58,870 bases of DNA from Acutalibacteraceae bacterium (GTDB taxonomy: Bacteria > Bacteroidota > Bacteroidia > Bacteroidales > Bacteroidaceae): positions 1 to 58,870 of the forward strand of contig CAVISR010000001.1 in NCBI GenBank assembly GCA_963645405.1. The letters are read 5' to 3'. The position numbers were made by a program, and so were the translations under genes. Shown in pieces: positions 9,409 to 21,035 of the stretch. Numbering within the stretch: position 1 is the stretch's first letter; each line of letters begins with the position of its first letter. The notes beneath the pieces were generated by a model. That model made no database searches. It was not told the origin of the DNA and saw nothing but the letters and a program-made list of their open reading frames with translations.

Positions 9409-9714
9409 ATGAGTCAGAAGATTAGAATCAAGCTGAAATCCTACGACCACAACTTGGTGGACAAGTCAGCCGAGAAGATCGTAAAGACAGTAAAGGCAAC
9501 AGACGCTACAGTCAGTGGTCCTATTCCATTGCCAACTCGCAAGCGTATTTTCACAGTCAACAGAAGTACATTCGTAAACAAGAAGTCTCGTGAGCAGTTC
9601 GAGCTCAACACATACAAGAGACTTATTGACATCTACGATGCAACTCCTAAAACAGTGGATTCACTTATGAAGCTGGAATTGCCAAGCGGTGTAGAAGTAG
9701 AGATTAAGGTATAG
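9409..9714 (+). CDS. rpsJ: 30S ribosomal protein S10
   Basis: 101 aa, [18 protein letters not shown]... Confidence 0.98.
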   Translation: MSQKIRIKLKSYDHNLVDKSAEKIVKTVKATDATVSGPIPLPTRKRIFTVNRSTFVNKKSREQFELNTYKRLIDIYDATPKTVDSLMKLELPSGVEVEIKV

Positions 9715-9744
9715 TATTCAGAGAACAATTAAACAAATTAAGAA

Positions 9745-10359
9745 ATGCCAGGATTATTAGGAAAGAAAATCGGAATGACATCCGTTTTCAGTGCTGATGG
9801 TAAGAATCTTCCATGCACTGTTATCGAAGTAGGTCCTTGTGTTGTAACCCAGGTTAAGACCGTAGAGAAAGACGGTTATGCGGCTGTTCAGCTCGGCTTC
9901 CAGGAAGCAAAGGAGAAGAACACCTCAAAGCCAATGATGGGTCATTTCCAGAAAGCAGGTACAACACCAAAGAGACACTTGGCCGAGTTCGCATTTGATG
10001 AGGAACACAACCTTGGAGATGTAATTACGGTAGAACTCTTCAATGATGCCACTTATGTAGATGTTGTTGGAACATCAAAGGGTAAGGGCTTCCAGGGAGT
10101 TGTAAAGCGCCACGGATTCGGTGGTGTAGGTCAGGCTACTCATGGTCAGGACGACCGTTTGCGCAAGCCAGGTTCAATCGGTGCTTGTGCCACTCCGTCT
10201 CGTGTGTTCAAGAACTTGAGAATGGGTGGTCAGATGGGTAATGTGCAGGTAACTACACACAACCTTCAGGTGATTAAAGTTATTCCAGAACACAACCTTC
10301 TTCTTTTGAAGGGCTCAGTTCCAGGATGTAAAGGTTCAATCGTAACAATCAAGAAGTAA
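9745..10359 (+). CDS. rplC: 50S ribosomal protein L3
   Basis: 204 aa, [15 protein letters not shown]... Confidence 0.98.
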   Translation: MPGLLGKKIGMTSVFSADGKNLPCTVIEVGPCVVTQVKTVEKDGYAAVQLGFQEAKEKNTSKPMMGHFQKAGTTPKRHLAEFAFDEEHNLGDVITVELFNDATYVDVVGTSKGKGFQGVVKRHGFGGVGQATHGQDDRLRKPGSIGACATPSRVFKNLRMGGQMGNVQVTTHNLQVIKVIPEHNLLLLKGSVPGCKGSIVTIKK

Positions 10360-10988
10360 TGGAAGTTTCAGTTTTAAACATTAAAGGTCAAGAGACTGGT
10401 AAGAAGGTTGAATTGAATGACGCTATCTTCGGAATTGAACCTAACGACCATGTTATCTATCTTGCAGTTAATCAGTATTTGGCTGCACAGCGTCAGGGCA
10501 CACACAAGTCAAAGGAAAGAAGTGAGATTACAGGCTCAACTCGCAAGCTCATCCGTCAGAAGGGCGGCGGCGGTGCACGTCGTGGTGACATCAAGTCTCC
10601 AGTGCTGAGAGGCGGTGGTCGCGTGTTCGGTCCAAGACCACGTGACTATTGGTTCAAGCTCAACAAGAAAGTCAAGAATCTTGCTCGTAAAAGTGCTTTG
10701 ACATACAAGGCTCAGCAGAACGCAATCATTGTAGTGGAAGACTTCGATTTCGAAGCTCCAAAGACAAAATCCTTCGTTGAATTGCAGAAAAATCTTAATG
10801 TAGAAGGAAAAAAATTGCTTCTCGTTTTGCCAAGTAATAATAAAAACGTATATTTGTCGGCTCGTAATATTCAGCGTGTTGAAATCGCGACTGCCAGTGC
10901 ACTCAATACATACAATGTGATGAATGCAAATGTGCTCGTTGTGACAGAAAATGCACTGAAGTTGGTTGACGAAACTTTTAACAAGTAA
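10359..10988 (+). CDS. rplD: 50S ribosomal protein L4
   Basis: 209 aa. There is a TAATG stop/start overlap with rplC. Confidence 0.97.
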   Translation: MEVSVLNIKGQETGKKVELNDAIFGIEPNDHVIYLAVNQYLAAQRQGTHKSKERSEITGSTRKLIRQKGGGGARRGDIKSPVLRGGGRVFGPRPRDYWFKLNKKVKNLARKSALTYKAQQNAIIVVEDFDFEAPKTKSFVELQKNLNVEGKKLLLVLPSNNKNVYLSARNIQRVEIATASALNTYNVMNANVLVVTENALKLVDETFNK

Positions 10989-10999
10989 GGAGGTACAAT

Positions 11000-11293
11000 A
11001 TGGCATACATTATTAAACCATTGGTAACAGAGAAGATGACAACTGTATCAGAGAAGCAGAACAACAAGTTCGGCTTCATTGTGCATCCTAAGGCCAATAA
11101 GATCGAGATTCAAAAAGAAGTAGAAGCAAAGTATAATGTAAATGTAGTTTCAGTTAACACCATCAAGTACGCTGGCAAGCGTAAGAGCCGTTACACACGT
11201 GCGGGTGTTATCAAGGGTCAGGCAGATGCTTTCAAGAAAGCCATTGTCACCCTTAAGGAAGGTGAGACTATCGATTTCTTTAGTAACATTTAA
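11000..11293 (+). CDS. rplW: 50S ribosomal protein L23
   Basis: 97 aa, identified by operon position. AAGGAGG lies 6 nt upstream. Confidence 0.96.
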   Translation: MAYIIKPLVTEKMTTVSEKQNNKFGFIVHPKANKIEIQKEVEAKYNVNVVSVNTIKYAGKRKSRYTRAGVIKGQADAFKKAIVTLKEGETIDFFSNI

Positions 11294-11300
11294 TTGAAAA

Positions 11301-12125
11301 ATGGGTATTCGTAAATTTAGACCAACTACTCCAGGTCAAAGACACAAAGCTATTGGTACTTTTGATGATGTTACTACATCAGTACCAGAAAAGTCTCTTG
11401 TATTCGGTAAGAGAAGTACAGGTGGACGTAACAACTACGGAAAGATGACTGTTCGTTACAGAGGCGGCGGTCACAAGAAACTTGTTCGTATTATCGACTT
11501 CAAGAGAGACAAAGATGGAATCCCAGCTGTTGTAAAGACAATCGAGTATGATCCAAACAGGTCAGCTCGTATTGCACTTCTATTCTATGCAGATGGTGAA
11601 AAACGTTACATCGTTGCTCCAAATGGATTACAGGTAGGCTCTACTCTGATGTCTGGCGACAATGCAGCTCCAGACCTCGGAAACACCCTCCCTCTCCAGA
11701 ACATCCCAGTCGGTACTGTCATCCACAATATCGAGATTCGTCCTGGACAGGGTGCCAAGATGGTTAGATCCGCTGGTAATTTTGCTCAGTTGACTTCACG
11801 CGAAGGACGCTATTGCGTAATCAAGTTGCCTTCAGGTGAAATTAGAAAAATTCTTTCAGTATGTCGTGCTACAATCGGTAGTGTAAGCAACTCTGACCAC
11901 GCACTTGAGTCTTCAGGTAAGGCAGGTCGCTCACGCTGGTTGGGACGTCGTCCTCACAACCGCGGTGTTGTTATGAACCCACACGATCACCCAATGGGTG
12001 GTGGTGAAGGCCGTCAGTCAGGTGGTCACCCACGTTCACGCAACGGCTTGTACTCTAAGGGACTCAAGACACGTGCTCCTAAGAAGGGCTCAAACAAGTA
12101 CATTATTGAAAGACGTAAGAAGTAA
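11301..12125 (+). CDS. rplB: 50S ribosomal protein L2
   Basis: 274 aa, ...[15 protein letters not shown]... Confidence 0.98.
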   Translation: MGIRKFRPTTPGQRHKAIGTFDDVTTSVPEKSLVFGKRSTGGRNNYGKMTVRYRGGGHKKLVRIIDFKRDKDGIPAVVKTIEYDPNRSARIALLFYADGEKRYIVAPNGLQVGSTLMSGDNAAPDLGNTLPLQNIPVGTVIHNIEIRPGQGAKMVRSAGNFAQLTSREGRYCVIKLPSGEIRKILSVCRATIGSVSNSDHALESSGKAGRSRWLGRRPHNRGVVMNPHDHPMGGGEGRQSGGHPRSRNGLYSKGLKTRAPKKGSNKYIIERRKK

Positions 12126-12145
12126 TAAAGTTAACTAAGTAGAAT

Positions 12146-12415
12146 ATGAGTCGATCATTAAAAAAAGGTCCATATATTAACGTCAAGCTCGAAAAGAAAG
12201 TTCTCGCAATGAACGAGAGCGGCAAGAAAAGCGTTATTAAATCTTGGGCAAGAGCTTCAATGATTTCCCCTGATTTCGTGGGTCATACTATTGCAGTTCA
12301 TAACGGTAACAAATTCATCCCTGTTTACATTACTGAGAATATGGTAGGTCACAAACTTGGAGAGTTTGCACTTACACGTACTTTCCGCGGTCACGCAGGT
12401 AACAGAAAGAAGTAA
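12146..12415 (+). CDS. rpsS: 30S ribosomal protein S19
   Basis: 89 aa, [11 protein letters not shown]... Confidence 0.98.
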   Translation: MSRSLKKGPYINVKLEKKVLAMNESGKKSVIKSWARASMISPDFVGHTIAVHNGNKFIPVYITENMVGHKLGEFALTRTFRGHAGNRKK

Positions 12416-12445
12416 ACAGTTATTTGAAATAAAGAAAATTATATA

Positions 12446-12850
12446 ATGGGATCAAGAAAGAAAATAATGGCCAATAAACAAAAGGAGGCCAGAAAGACTA
12501 CCTACTTTGCTAGGCTTTGCAACGTTCCTTCATCTCCTCGCAAGATGCGCTATGTGGCAGATCTCGTGAGAGGCATGGAAGTTGGAAAGGCTTTGGCTAC
12601 TCTTAAATTCTGCTCAAAGGATGCTTCAAATGATCTCGAGAAGTTGGTACGCTCTGCAATTGCCAACTGGGAGCAGAAGAATGAAAGAAAAGCTGAGAAT
12701 GGCGAATTGTTTATCACACGAATCTTCGTTGATGAAGGCGCAACTCTCAAACGCATGAGACCTGCTCCACAGGGACGTGGATACAGAATTCGTAAGCGCT
12801 CTAATCATGTTACAGTATTTGTGGACACTAAAACTAATGGAGAGAATTAA
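12446..12850 (+). CDS. rplV: 50S ribosomal protein L22
   Basis: 134 aa, ...[21 protein letters not shown]... Confidence 0.96.
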   Translation: MGSRKKIMANKQKEARKTTYFARLCNVPSSPRKMRYVADLVRGMEVGKALATLKFCSKDASNDLEKLVRSAIANWEQKNERKAENGELFITRIFVDEGATLKRMRPAPQGRGYRIRKRSNHVTVFVDTKTNGEN

Positions 12851-12852
12851 TT

Positions 12853-13572
12853 ATGGGACAGAAATGTAATCCAATAAGTAACCGTCTCGGAATTGTCAGA
12901 GGCTGGGATTCAAACTGGTTTGGAGGTAAGAATTTCGGTGACAATATCCTTGAGGATAGTAAGATCCGCAAATATCTCAACGCACGTCTTGCTAAGGCAA
13001 GCGTTTCAAAAATAGTAATTGAGCGTACACTCAAGCTTGTTACAATCACCGTTTGCACTGCCAGACCGGGTATCATCATCGGTAAGGGCGGTCAGGAAGT
13101 TGACAAGCTCAAGGAAGAACTCAAGAAATTGACTGACAAAGACGTTCAGATCAATATTTTTGAAGTAAAGCGCCCGGAACTTGACGCAGTAATCGTAGCA
13201 AACAACATCGCACGTCAGATTGAAGGCAAGATTGCCTATCGCCGTGCAATCAAGACTGCTATCACCAATACAATGCGTTCAGGTGCAGAAGGTATCAAAG
13301 TCCAGATTTCTGGCCGTTTGAATGGTGCGGAAATGTCTCGTTCAGAAATGTATAAGGAAGGAAGAACTCCACTCCATACACTTCGTGCGGATATCGACTA
13401 TTGTCTTGCAGAAGCTCTGACCAAGGTCGGTCTGCTTGGCATCAAAGTGTGGATATGCCGTGGTGAGGTATTTGGCAAGAAAGACTTGTCACCTAACTTC
13501 ACTCAGACAAAAGAGGCAGGACGTAACAACAACGGAGGAAGAAAGTTCAGAAACAAGAAGTCTAACCGTTAA
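12853..13572 (+). CDS. rpsC: 30S ribosomal protein S3
   Basis: 239 aa, [13 protein letters not shown]... with a KH domain. Confidence 0.98.
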   Translation: MGQKCNPISNRLGIVRGWDSNWFGGKNFGDNILEDSKIRKYLNARLAKASVSKIVIERTLKLVTITVCTARPGIIIGKGGQEVDKLKEELKKLTDKDVQINIFEVKRPELDAVIVANNIARQIEGKIAYRRAIKTAITNTMRSGAEGIKVQISGRLNGAEMSRSEMYKEGRTPLHTLRADIDYCLAEALTKVGLLGIKVWICRGEVFGKKDLSPNFTQTKEAGRNNNGGRKFRNKKSNR

Positions 13573-13583
13573 ATTCGTGGAAC

Positions 13584-14015
13584 ATGTTACAGCCTAAAAG
13601 ACAGAAATATAGAAGACCGCAAAAAGGCCGCGGTCGTTTGAAAGGCGTTTCTCACAGAGGAACAGAGCTTTCATTTGGAAGTTTTGGAATTAAAGCGCTA
13701 CAGACACGTTGGATTTCAGCTCAACAGATTGAAGCTGCCCGTGTTGCAATAACTCGTTATATGCAGCGTCAGGGACAAGTTTGGATTCGAATCTTCCCTG
13801 ATAAACCAATCACAAAGAAACCGGCAGACGTCCGAATGGGTAAAGGAAAGGGAGACCCATACAAGTATGTGTTCCCAGCTAAGCCAGGACGCATCCTCTT
13901 CGAGGTCGAAGGTGTTTCTTATGAGATAGCAAAGGAGGCTCTTCGCCTTGGTGCGCAGAAACTCCCGACTACAACTAAGTTTATTGTAAGACGTGATTAC
14001 GACAAAAACGCTTGA
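13584..14015 (+). CDS. rplP: 50S ribosomal protein L16
   Basis: 143 aa, [16 protein letters not shown]... Confidence 0.98.
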   Translation: MLQPKRQKYRRPQKGRGRLKGVSHRGTELSFGSFGIKALQTRWISAQQIEAARVAITRYMQRQGQVWIRIFPDKPITKKPADVRMGKGKGDPYKYVFPAKPGRILFEVEGVSYEIAKEALRLGAQKLPTTTKFIVRRDYDKNA

Positions 14016-14020
14016 GAATT

Positions 14021-14215
14021 ATGAAAATTGCAGAGATAAGAGAATTGACAACTGCCGAACTTACAGAACGTATTGAGGCAGAGGTAGCGAACTACACAAA
14101 CTTGAAGTTCAACCACCATATTTCTCCTGTAGAGGATCATTCACAGATTAAGAAGCTTCGTCGTGATATAGCTCGCATGAAAGGCGAGCTCCGTCAGAGA
14201 GAACTTAACAAATAA
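14021..14215 (+). CDS. rpmC: 50S ribosomal protein L29
   Basis: The ATG at 14021 (MKIAEIRELTTAEL...) is preferred over the TTG at 14012 used by the ORF track. Confidence 0.93.
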   Translation: MKIAEIRELTTAELTERIEAEVANYTNLKFNHHISPVEDHSQIKKLRRDIARMKGELRQRELNK

Positions 14216-14227
14216 AATTGTATCTAC

Positions 14228-14485
14228 ATGGAAGATAGAAATTTAAGAAAGCAAAGAACGGGTGTTGTGATTAGCAACAAGATGGACAAGACAATCGTCG
14301 TTGCCGCTAAGTTCAAGGAGAAGCACCCTATTTATGGTAAGTTTGTCAGCAAGACGAAGAAGTACCATGCTCACGACGAGAAGAATGAGTGCAATGTAGG
14401 CGATACAGTACTGATAATGGAAACTCGTCCTTTGAGCAAAACAAAGAGATGGAGATTAGTTAATATCGTAGAAAGAGCTAAGTAA
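14228..14485 (+). CDS. rpsQ: 30S ribosomal protein S17
   Basis: 85 aa, identified by operon position and sequence. Confidence 0.96.
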   Translation: MEDRNLRKQRTGVVISNKMDKTIVVAAKFKEKHPIYGKFVSKTKKYHAHDEKNECNVGDTVLIMETRPLSKTKRWRLVNIVERAK

Positions 14486-14487
14486 TT

Positions 14488-14853
14488 ATGATACAGGTAG
14501 AATCAAAATTGACAGTTGCTGACAACAGTGGTGCACGTGAGGTACTCTGTATTCGTGTGCTTGGTGGTACTCGCCGTCGTTATGCTTCTGTTGGCGACGT
14601 GATTGTTGTCGCAGTGAAGAACGTGATTCCTTCAAGCGAGATTAAGAAGGGTGCTGTTTCAAAGGCACTCATCGTCCGTACAAAGAAGGAAATACGTCGT
14701 GCAGACGGATCTTATATCCGCTTTGATGATAATGCATGTGTTCTTCTGAGTAATACTGGTGAAATGAGAGGTAGCCGTATCTTCGGCCCTGTTGCTCGTG
14801 AACTCCGTGCTGCTAACATGAAGGTAGTTTCTTTGGCTACAGAGGTTCTTTAA
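14488..14853 (+). CDS. rplN: 50S ribosomal protein L14
   Basis: 121 aa, [19 protein letters not shown]... Confidence 0.98.
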   Translation: MIQVESKLTVADNSGAREVLCIRVLGGTRRRYASVGDVIVVAVKNVIPSSEIKKGAVSKALIVRTKKEIRRADGSYIRFDDNACVLLSNTGEMRGSRIFGPVARELRAANMKVVSLATEVL

Positions 14854-14871
14854 TTTTAGAATTAAACAGTA

Positions 14872-15189
14872 ATGAGTAAATTACATATTAAGAAAGGTGA
14901 CACGGTTATCGTTAATGCCGGCAACTCAAAAGGACAGACCGGAAAGGTCCTCTCTGTCCTGATTGACAAGCAGCGTGCCGTTGTCGAGGGTGTAAACATT
15001 GTATCCAAGAGTACAAAGCCAAGCGCAGCACACCCACAAGGAGGTATTGTTAAGCAAGAGGCCCCAATACACATTTCTAATCTTAATGTAGTTGATCCAA
15101 AATCAGGCAAGGCTACACGCATAGGTAGAAAAATCGGGGCTAACGGCAAGTTAGTTCGTTATGCTAAAAAATCAGGGGAGGAGATTTAA
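14872..15189 (+). CDS. rplX: 50S ribosomal protein L24
   Basis: 105 aa, with a KOW motif ([16 protein letters not shown]). Confidence 0.97.
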   Translation: MSKLHIKKGDTVIVNAGNSKGQTGKVLSVLIDKQRAVVEGVNIVSKSTKPSAAHPQGGIVKQEAPIHISNLNVVDPKSGKATRIGRKIGANGKLVRYAKKSGEEI

Positions 15190-15746
15190 TGAGTACAACT
15201 GCAGGTCTTAAAAATGTATATGCAGAGCAGATTGCTCCTGCGTTGATGAAACAGTTCAACTACTCTTCTCCTATGCAGATTCCTGTACTTAAGAAGATTG
15301 TAGTTAATCAGGGTCTTGGTATGGCCACTGCTGACAAGAAGGTAATTGAGGTAGCAATGCAAGAGATTGCACAGATCACAGGTCAGAAGCCTGTCGCTAC
15401 AATGTCTAAGAAAGATATCTCAAACTTCCACCTTCGTAAGAAAATGCCAATTGGCGTTATGGTAACTTTGCGTCATCAGAGAATGTATGAGTTCCTTGAG
15501 AAACTCATCCGCGTTTCTCTTCCTCGTATCCGTGACTTCAAGGGTATCGACAGCAAGTTCGACGGTCGTGGCAATTATACTTTGGGTATTCAGGAGCAGA
15601 TTATCTTCCCGGAAATCAACATCGACCAGGTCGACAAGATTATGGGTATGAACATCACGTTCGTAACATCTGCTAAAACCGATGAAGAGGGCTATGCTCT
15701 TCTCAAGGCATTTGGTTTACCATTTAAGGATGCTAATAATAAATAG
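15189..15746 (+). CDS. rplE: 50S ribosomal protein L5
   Basis: 185 aa. There is a TAATG overlap with rplX. Confidence 0.97.
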   Translation: MSTTAGLKNVYAEQIAPALMKQFNYSSPMQIPVLKKIVVNQGLGMATADKKVIEVAMQEIAQITGQKPVATMSKKDISNFHLRKKMPIGVMVTLRHQRMYEFLEKLIRVSLPRIRDFKGIDSKFDGRGNYTLGIQEQIIFPEINIDQVDKIMGMNITFVTSAKTDEEGYALLKAFGLPFKDANNK

Positions 15747-15751
15747 TTGAT

Positions 15752-16051
15752 ATGGCAAAAGAATCAATGAAAGCACGTGAGGTAAAACGTGCAAAGCTTG
15801 TCGCTAAGTATGCTGCAAAGCGTGCAGCTCTGAAAAAAATCGTAGCTACAGGAGAACCGGTTGAGGCATATGAGGCAGCTCGCAAACTGCAGGCTATCCC
15901 TGCTAACGCGAACCCAATCCGTCTTCACAACCGTTGCAAGATTACTGGACGTCCAAGAGGTTATATCCGTCAGTTCGGTATTTCCCGTATCCAGTTCCGT
16001 GAGATGGCTTCTGCAGGCTTGATTCCAGGAGTGAAGAAAGCAAGCTGGTAA
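15752..16051 (+). CDS. rpsN: 30S ribosomal protein S14 (long form, no zinc-ribbon Cys motif)
   Basis: 99 aa, [20 protein letters not shown]... and it ends in ...KKASW. Confidence 0.96.
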   Translation: MAKESMKAREVKRAKLVAKYAAKRAALKKIVATGEPVEAYEAARKLQAIPANANPIRLHNRCKITGRPRGYIRQFGISRIQFREMASAGLIPGVKKASW

Positions 16052-16105
16052 TAGAAAATTATTCATTTTAAATATTGTCGGGGTGTCCCGATTAATTTAA
16101 GTATT

Positions 16106-16501
16106 ATGACAGATCCAATAGCAGATTATCTAACGAGAGTAAGGAACGCAATCATGGCTAAGCACAAGATTGTGGAGATTCCTGCCTCAAATTTGAAAAA
16201 AGAAATCACTAAGATTCTTTTTGACAAGGGCTATGTACTTAATTACAAGTTCGTCGACGAGGGTCCTCAGGGTACCATCAAGATTGCGCTCAAGTACAAT
16301 GCCGAAACTAAGGCAAGTGCTATTCAGAGCTTGCAGCGTGTGTCTAAACCAGGTCTTCGCAAGTACACTGGTTACAAAGACATGCCAAGTGTTATTAACG
16401 GATTGGGTATAGCAATTATATCTACATCCAGAGGTGTAATGACAGACAAGGAAGCCTCAGAGTTGAAAGTCGGCGGTGAGGTGCTTTGTTATGTATATTA
16501 A
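16106..16501 (+). CDS. rpsH: 30S ribosomal protein S8
   Basis: 131 aa, MTDPIADYLTRVRNA... Confidence 0.98.
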   Translation: MTDPIADYLTRVRNAIMAKHKIVEIPASNLKKEITKILFDKGYVLNYKFVDEGPQGTIKIALKYNAETKASAIQSLQRVSKPGLRKYTGYKDMPSVINGLGIAIISTSRGVMTDKEASELKVGGEVLCYVY

Positions 16502-16518
16502 TAATAGGAGGGTATATA

Positions 16519-17088
16519 ATGTCTAGAATTGGTAAGTTACCTATTATTATTCCTGCAGGAGTTCAGATTACTCATAAGGATGACATTGTAACAGTGAAGG
16601 GTCCTAAAGGAGAACTTTCACAGTATGTCAACCCTGCAATCTCAGTTGCAGTGGAAGACGGAAAGATTGTTTTGGAGGAAAAGACAGACGTGATGCTTGA
16701 CAATACAAAGCAGCGTCATGCTTATCACGGTCTGTATCGTGCACTCCTTCACAATATGGTTGTTGGTGTGTCTGAGGGCTATAAGAAGACACTTCAGTTA
16801 GTGGGTGTCGGTTACCGCGTGTCAAACGCAGGTAACGTCCTCGAGTTCGCACTGGGTTATTCTCACTCTATCTTGTTCGCTCTTCCTAAGGAAGTGAAAG
16901 TCGAGACTAAGTCTGAGAGAAACCAAGATCCTCTTATTTTCCTTGAATCATGCGACAAACAGTTGCTTGGTCAAATTTGTGCTAAGATTCGTTCTCTGCG
17001 TGCTCCTGAACCATACAAGGGTAAGGGTATCCGCTTCCAGGGCGAAGTTATTAGAAGAAAGTCTGGTAAGTCAGCAAGTGCTAAATAA
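16519..17088 (+). CDS. rplF: 50S ribosomal protein L6
   Basis: The ATG at 16519 ([12 protein letters not shown]...) is preceded by AGGAGGG. The extension in the ORF track overlaps rpsH. Confidence 0.95.
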   Translation: MSRIGKLPIIIPAGVQITHKDDIVTVKGPKGELSQYVNPAISVAVEDGKIVLEEKTDVMLDNTKQRHAYHGLYRALLHNMVVGVSEGYKKTLQLVGVGYRVSNAGNVLEFALGYSHSILFALPKEVKVETKSERNQDPLIFLESCDKQLLGQICAKIRSLRAPEPYKGKGIRFQGEVIRRKSGKSASAK

Positions 17089-17105
17089 TTTTTAATTGTA
17101 CGGAT

Positions 17106-17447
17106 ATGATAACAAAGATTGAAAGACGTATCAAAATCAAATATAGAGTACGTAATAAAATTTCTGGTACTGCTGCACGTCCACGTATGTCTGTATTCAG
17201 AAGCAATAAGCAGATTTACGTACAGGTAATCAATGATGAAGAGGCAAAGACTCTTGTCGCTGCATCTTCACTTGGACTTGAGAAATGTAGTAAGAGTGAA
17301 CAGGCTGCCAAGGTTGGCGAGATGATTGCGAAGAAGGCTCTCGAAGCTGGAATCACAACTGTCGTGTTCGACCGTAACGGTTACTTGTATCATGGTAGAG
17401 TTAAAGAAGTGGCAGACGCTGCCAGAAACGCAGGACTTAAATTTTAA
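17106..17447 (+). CDS. rplR: 50S ribosomal protein L18
   Basis: 113 aa, identified by operon position and sequence. Confidence 0.97.
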   Translation: MITKIERRIKIKYRVRNKISGTAARPRMSVFRSNKQIYVQVINDEEAKTLVAASSLGLEKCSKSEQAAKVGEMIAKKALEAGITTVVFDRNGYLYHGRVKEVADAARNAGLKF

Positions 17448-17455
17448 TTAGGATT

Positions 17456-17965
17456 ATGGTTAATAGAGTGAAAATAGGAAACGACGTCGAGCTTAAAGAT
17501 CGATTGGTGGCTATTAATCGTGTTACTAAGGTTACAAAGGGTGGTAGAACTTTCACATTTGCTGCCATTGTAGTTGTTGGTAACGGTAATGGTGTAATTG
17601 GATGCGGTCTTGGTAAGGCAGGTGAAGTTACAGCTGCAATCGCAAAAGGTGTAGAGGCTGCAAAGAAGAACCTGGTAAAGGTACCGGTTCTTGGCGGCAC
17701 TATCCCTCACGAGGCTTATTCTAAGTTCGGTGGAGCACGCGTATTGATTATGCCTGCTTCAGAAGGTACTGGAGTCGTAGCTGGTGGTGCGATGCGTGCA
17801 GTTCTTGAAAGTGTTGGTATTACAGATGTCCTTGCAAAGTCAAAAGGCTCTTCAAACCCACACAATCTTGTAAAGGCTACAATCGCTGCCCTTACTAGTC
17901 TTCGTGATCCAAAGGCTGTTGCAGCCGACCGTGGTGTTAGTTTAACAAAGGTGTTTAGAGGATAA
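17456..17965 (+). CDS. rpsE: 30S ribosomal protein S5
   Basis: 169 aa, ...[24 protein letters not shown]... Confidence 0.98.
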   Translation: MVNRVKIGNDVELKDRLVAINRVTKVTKGGRTFTFAAIVVVGNGNGVIGCGLGKAGEVTAAIAKGVEAAKKNLVKVPVLGGTIPHEAYSKFGGARVLIMPASEGTGVVAGGAMRAVLESVGITDVLAKSKGSSNPHNLVKATIAALTSLRDPKAVAADRGVSLTKVFRG

Positions 17966-17977
17966 GGAGATTATATC

Positions 17978-18154
17978 ATGGCAACAATAAAGATTAAGCA
18001 GATTAAAAGTCGTGCTAACCAACCTGAAGATCAGAAACGTACATTGACTTCTCTTGGTCTCTCCAAGATGAATAAGGTGGTTGAACATGAGGATACTCCT
18101 TCTGTACGAGGCATGATAAACAAGGTAAAGCACCTTGTTGAGGTTGTAGACTAA
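17978..18154 (+). CDS. rpmD: 50S ribosomal protein L30
   Basis: Translated by hand because its 58 aa fall below the track cutoff: MATIKIKQIKSRANQPEDQKRTLTSLGLSKMNKVVEHEDTPSVRGMINKVKHLVEVVD. It lies between rpsE and rplO. Confidence 0.93.
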   Translation: MATIKIKQIKSRANQPEDQKRTLTSLGLSKMNKVVEHEDTPSVRGMINKVKHLVEVVD

Positions 18155-18181
18155 AGTTATTTACTTCAAAAAATTGAAACA

Positions 18182-18628
18182 ATGGAATTACATAATTTAA
18201 AACCAGCGGAAGGCTCTATACACAACAGCAAACGTGTTGGACGTGGTTATGGCTCTGGTAAGGGTCGTACTTCTACACGCGGACACAAAGGTGCTAAGGC
18301 TAGATCTGGTTACAAGAAGAAGATTGGTTTCGAAGGAGGTCAGATGCCTCTTCAGCGTCGTGTGCCAAAGTTCGGTTTCAAAAACATCAATCGCGTAGAG
18401 TACAAGGCAATCAACTTGTCTGCTCTGCAGAAGCTTGTTGATGACAAGAACCTTACAAAGATCGGTATTGCTGAACTTATCGAAGCTGGTTTCGTAAACT
18501 CTAAACAGTTAGTCAAGATTCTTGCAAAGGGTGAACTCACAGCAAAGGTTGATGTTGAGGCACATTCTTTCTCAAAGAAGGCAGAAGCTATTATAACTGA
18601 AAAAGGTGGCAATGTTGTAAAACTCTAG
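18182..18628 (+). CDS. rplO: 50S ribosomal protein L15
   Basis: 148 aa, MELHNLKPAEGS...GRGYGSGKGRTS... Confidence 0.97.
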   Translation: MELHNLKPAEGSIHNSKRVGRGYGSGKGRTSTRGHKGAKARSGYKKKIGFEGGQMPLQRRVPKFGFKNINRVEYKAINLSALQKLVDDKNLTKIGIAELIEAGFVNSKQLVKILAKGELTAKVDVEAHSFSKKAEAIITEKGGNVVKL

Positions 18629-18632
18629 ACAA

Positions 18633-19982
18633 ATGGGAAAAGCAATCGACAAACTTAAGAATGTCAAGTTTATAAAGACAATCTCAAACATCTGCAAGAT
18701 AGAGGATCTGCGTACACGTATCCTGATTACAATCGGGTTTATTGCAGTTTACAGATTCGGATCATTCATCGTGCTTCCTGGTATCAATACCGATGCACTT
18801 CAGAAACTGTCTGAGCAGACTGAGGGAGGTTTGATGTCTTTGCTTGATATGTTCTCGGGTGGAGCATTTTCCAAGGCATCTATCTTTGCTCTTGGAATCA
18901 TGCCATACATCTCGGCATCAATTGTCATGCAATTGTTGGGTATTGCTGTTCCTTATTTCCAGAAGATGCAACGTGAGGGTGAAAGTGGAAGAAGAAAGAT
19001 GAATCAGTACACTCGTTACTTGACAGTCTTGATTCTTATCTTCCAAGGACCTATGTACCTCGTAAATCTTAACCTGACTACACAAGGTGCGGCAATTTAC
19101 CAGAGCCTTGATTGGGCGATGTTCTACATCACTTCTACAATCATCCTCGCTGCTGGTAGTATGTTCATCTTGTGGTTGGGTGAAAGAATTACCGACAAAG
19201 GTATTGGTCAGGGTGTATCGCTTATCATCATGATTGGTATTATCGCAAGATTCCCAAATGCGCTTGTCCAGGAATTCATCGCCCGTTTCACAACACAGGG
19301 CGGTCTGGTAGGCTTCTTGTTGGAAATCGTCGTTTTGCTTGCTGTGACTGCAGCTGCTATACTCTTGGTTCAGGGAGTTCGCAGAGTGCCGGTTCAGTAC
19401 GCTAAGCGTGTTGTCGGTAACCGCCAGTATGGTGGTGCTCGCCAGTATATCCCTTTGAAACCTTATGCTGCCAACGTGATGCCAATCATTTTTGCACAGG
19501 CAATAATGTTCATCCCTATTACGGTTGCTGGTTATTTGGGAGCAAATCAGAGTGGAACTATGATGCAGTTGATGGATAACACAAGTGTATTGTACAATGT
19601 GATATTCGCAGCCCTCATCATTATCTTCACATATTTGTATACAGCTATTACAATCAACCCTACTCAGATGGCTGAGGACATGAAGCGCAACAACGGTTTC
19701 ATTCCTGGTGTCAAGCCAGGCAAGAGCACCGCTGACTATCTCGACAGAATAATGTCACACATTACTCTTCCGGGTTCATTGTTCCTTGCTTTCATTGCAA
19801 TCATGCCTGCTTTCTCAAGCATATTCAATGTTCAGAAGGAATTTGCGCAGTTCTTTGGTGGAACCTCGTTGCTGATTCTCGTGGGTGTTGTACTTGATAC
19901 GCTCCAGCATATTGAAAGCCATCTTTTGATGAGGCACTATGACGGACTGCTTGATTCAGGACGTATCAGAGGTGCTCATTAA
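18633..19982 (+). CDS. secY: Preprotein translocase subunit SecY
   Basis: 449 aa, polytopic, at the usual position in the spc operon. Confidence 0.97.
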   Translation: MGKAIDKLKNVKFIKTISNICKIEDLRTRILITIGFIAVYRFGSFIVLPGINTDALQKLSEQTEGGLMSLLDMFSGGAFSKASIFALGIMPYISASIVMQLLGIAVPYFQKMQREGESGRRKMNQYTRYLTVLILIFQGPMYLVNLNLTTQGAAIYQSLDWAMFYITSTIILAAGSMFILWLGERITDKGIGQGVSLIIMIGIIARFPNALVQEFIARFTTQGGLVGFLLEIVVLLAVTAAAILLVQGVRRVPVQYAKRVVGNRQYGGARQYIPLKPYAANVMPIIFAQAIMFIPITVAGYLGANQSGTMMQLMDNTSVLYNVIFAALIIIFTYLYTAITINPTQMAEDMKRNNGFIPGVKPGKSTADYLDRIMSHITLPGSLFLAFIAIMPAFSSIFNVQKEFAQFFGGTSLLILVGVVLDTLQHIESHLLMRHYDGLLDSGRIRGAH

Positions 19983-20004
19983 GTAGGTGCTAAAAGATAT
20001 TTCG

Positions 20005-20793
20005 ATGATTTATCTTAAGACTGATGACGAAGTGGAACTTCTGCGGGAGGCAAACCTGTTGGTAGGCAAGACTCTCGCAGAAATTGCCAAGATAATAAAA
20101 CCCGGTGTGACTACTCGTCAACTGGATACGCTGGCAGACACTTTTATAAGGGACAATGGGGCAATACCTACCTTCAAGGGATTTCCGAATCCTTATGGTG
20201 GTCCGTTCCCTGCGAGTATCTGCACTTCGGTGAACGAGCAGGTTGTACACGGCATTCCTGACGACCGTCCACTTGTGGATGGTGATATCGTGTCCGTAGA
20301 TTGCGGAACCAAACTGAACGGCTATTGTGGTGACTCTTGCTACACCTTTGCTGTCGGTGAAGTTGCTCCTGAAATCAAGGAGTTTCTTAAGGTCACGAAG
20401 GAATCGTTGTATAAGGGAATTGAACAGGCTGTGGTAGGTCACCGGTTGGGTGATGTTTCCTATGCAGTACAATCTCATTGTGAAAGTCATGGTTATGGCG
20501 TTGTACGTGAGTTTGTGGGTCATGGAATTGGTCGTGAGATGCATGAGGATCCGCAGGTCCCCAATTATGGCAGACGTGGAAACGGCATGCTGTTGAAAGA
20601 CGGACTGTGCATAGCAATCGAACCTATGATAACGCTCGGCACAAGGGAAGTCTACATGCTGCCCGACAAGTGGGGGATAATAACCCGCGACAAGAAGGCA
20701 GCAGCCCATTTTGAGCACTCTATATGTGTGCGGAAGGGTAATGCAGATATTTTGTCATCGTTTGAAGAAATAGAAAAGGTAATTCAAGAATAA
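20005..20793 (+). CDS. map: Type I methionine aminopeptidase
   Basis: The ATG at 20005 (MIYLKTDDEVELLREAN...) is preferred over the GTG at 19987. Metal-ligand context is present (DIVSVDCG, HGIGREMHE). Confidence 0.95.
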   Translation: MIYLKTDDEVELLREANLLVGKTLAEIAKIIKPGVTTRQLDTLADTFIRDNGAIPTFKGFPNPYGGPFPASICTSVNEQVVHGIPDDRPLVDGDIVSVDCGTKLNGYCGDSCYTFAVGEVAPEIKEFLKVTKESLYKGIEQAVVGHRLGDVSYAVQSHCESHGYGVVREFVGHGIGREMHEDPQVPNYGRRGNGMLLKDGLCIAIEPMITLGTREVYMLPDKWGIITRDKKAAAHFEHSICVRKGNADILSSFEEIEKVIQE

Positions 20794-20803
20794 TCATTAG
20801 AGT

Positions 20804-21022
20804 ATGGCTAAACAGTCAGCAATAGAGCAGGACGGTACAATAGTAGAGGCATTGTCGAATGCAATGTTTCGTGTGGAACTGGAAAATGGTCATGAGATAA
20901 TAGCTCATATATCCGGAAAGATGAGGATGCACTACATCAAGATTCTTCCTGGAGATAAGATACGGGTTGAGATGTCTCCATACGACCTTTCAAAAGGAAG
21001 AATAGTTTTTAGATACAAATAA
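20804..21022 (+). CDS. infA: Translation initiation factor IF-1
   Basis: 72 aa, [31 protein letters not shown]... Confidence 0.98.
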   Translation: MAKQSAIEQDGTIVEALSNAMFRVELENGHEIIAHISGKMRMHYIKILPGDKIRVEMSPYDLSKGRIVFRYK

Positions 21023-21035
21023 ACATTCAACATAT

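Noticed and set aside
19990-20718. A 242-aa minus-strand ORF antisense to map
   Set aside because: It is fully contained in the well-supported methionine aminopeptidase gene inside a plus-strand operon, and its translation has no family resemblance.
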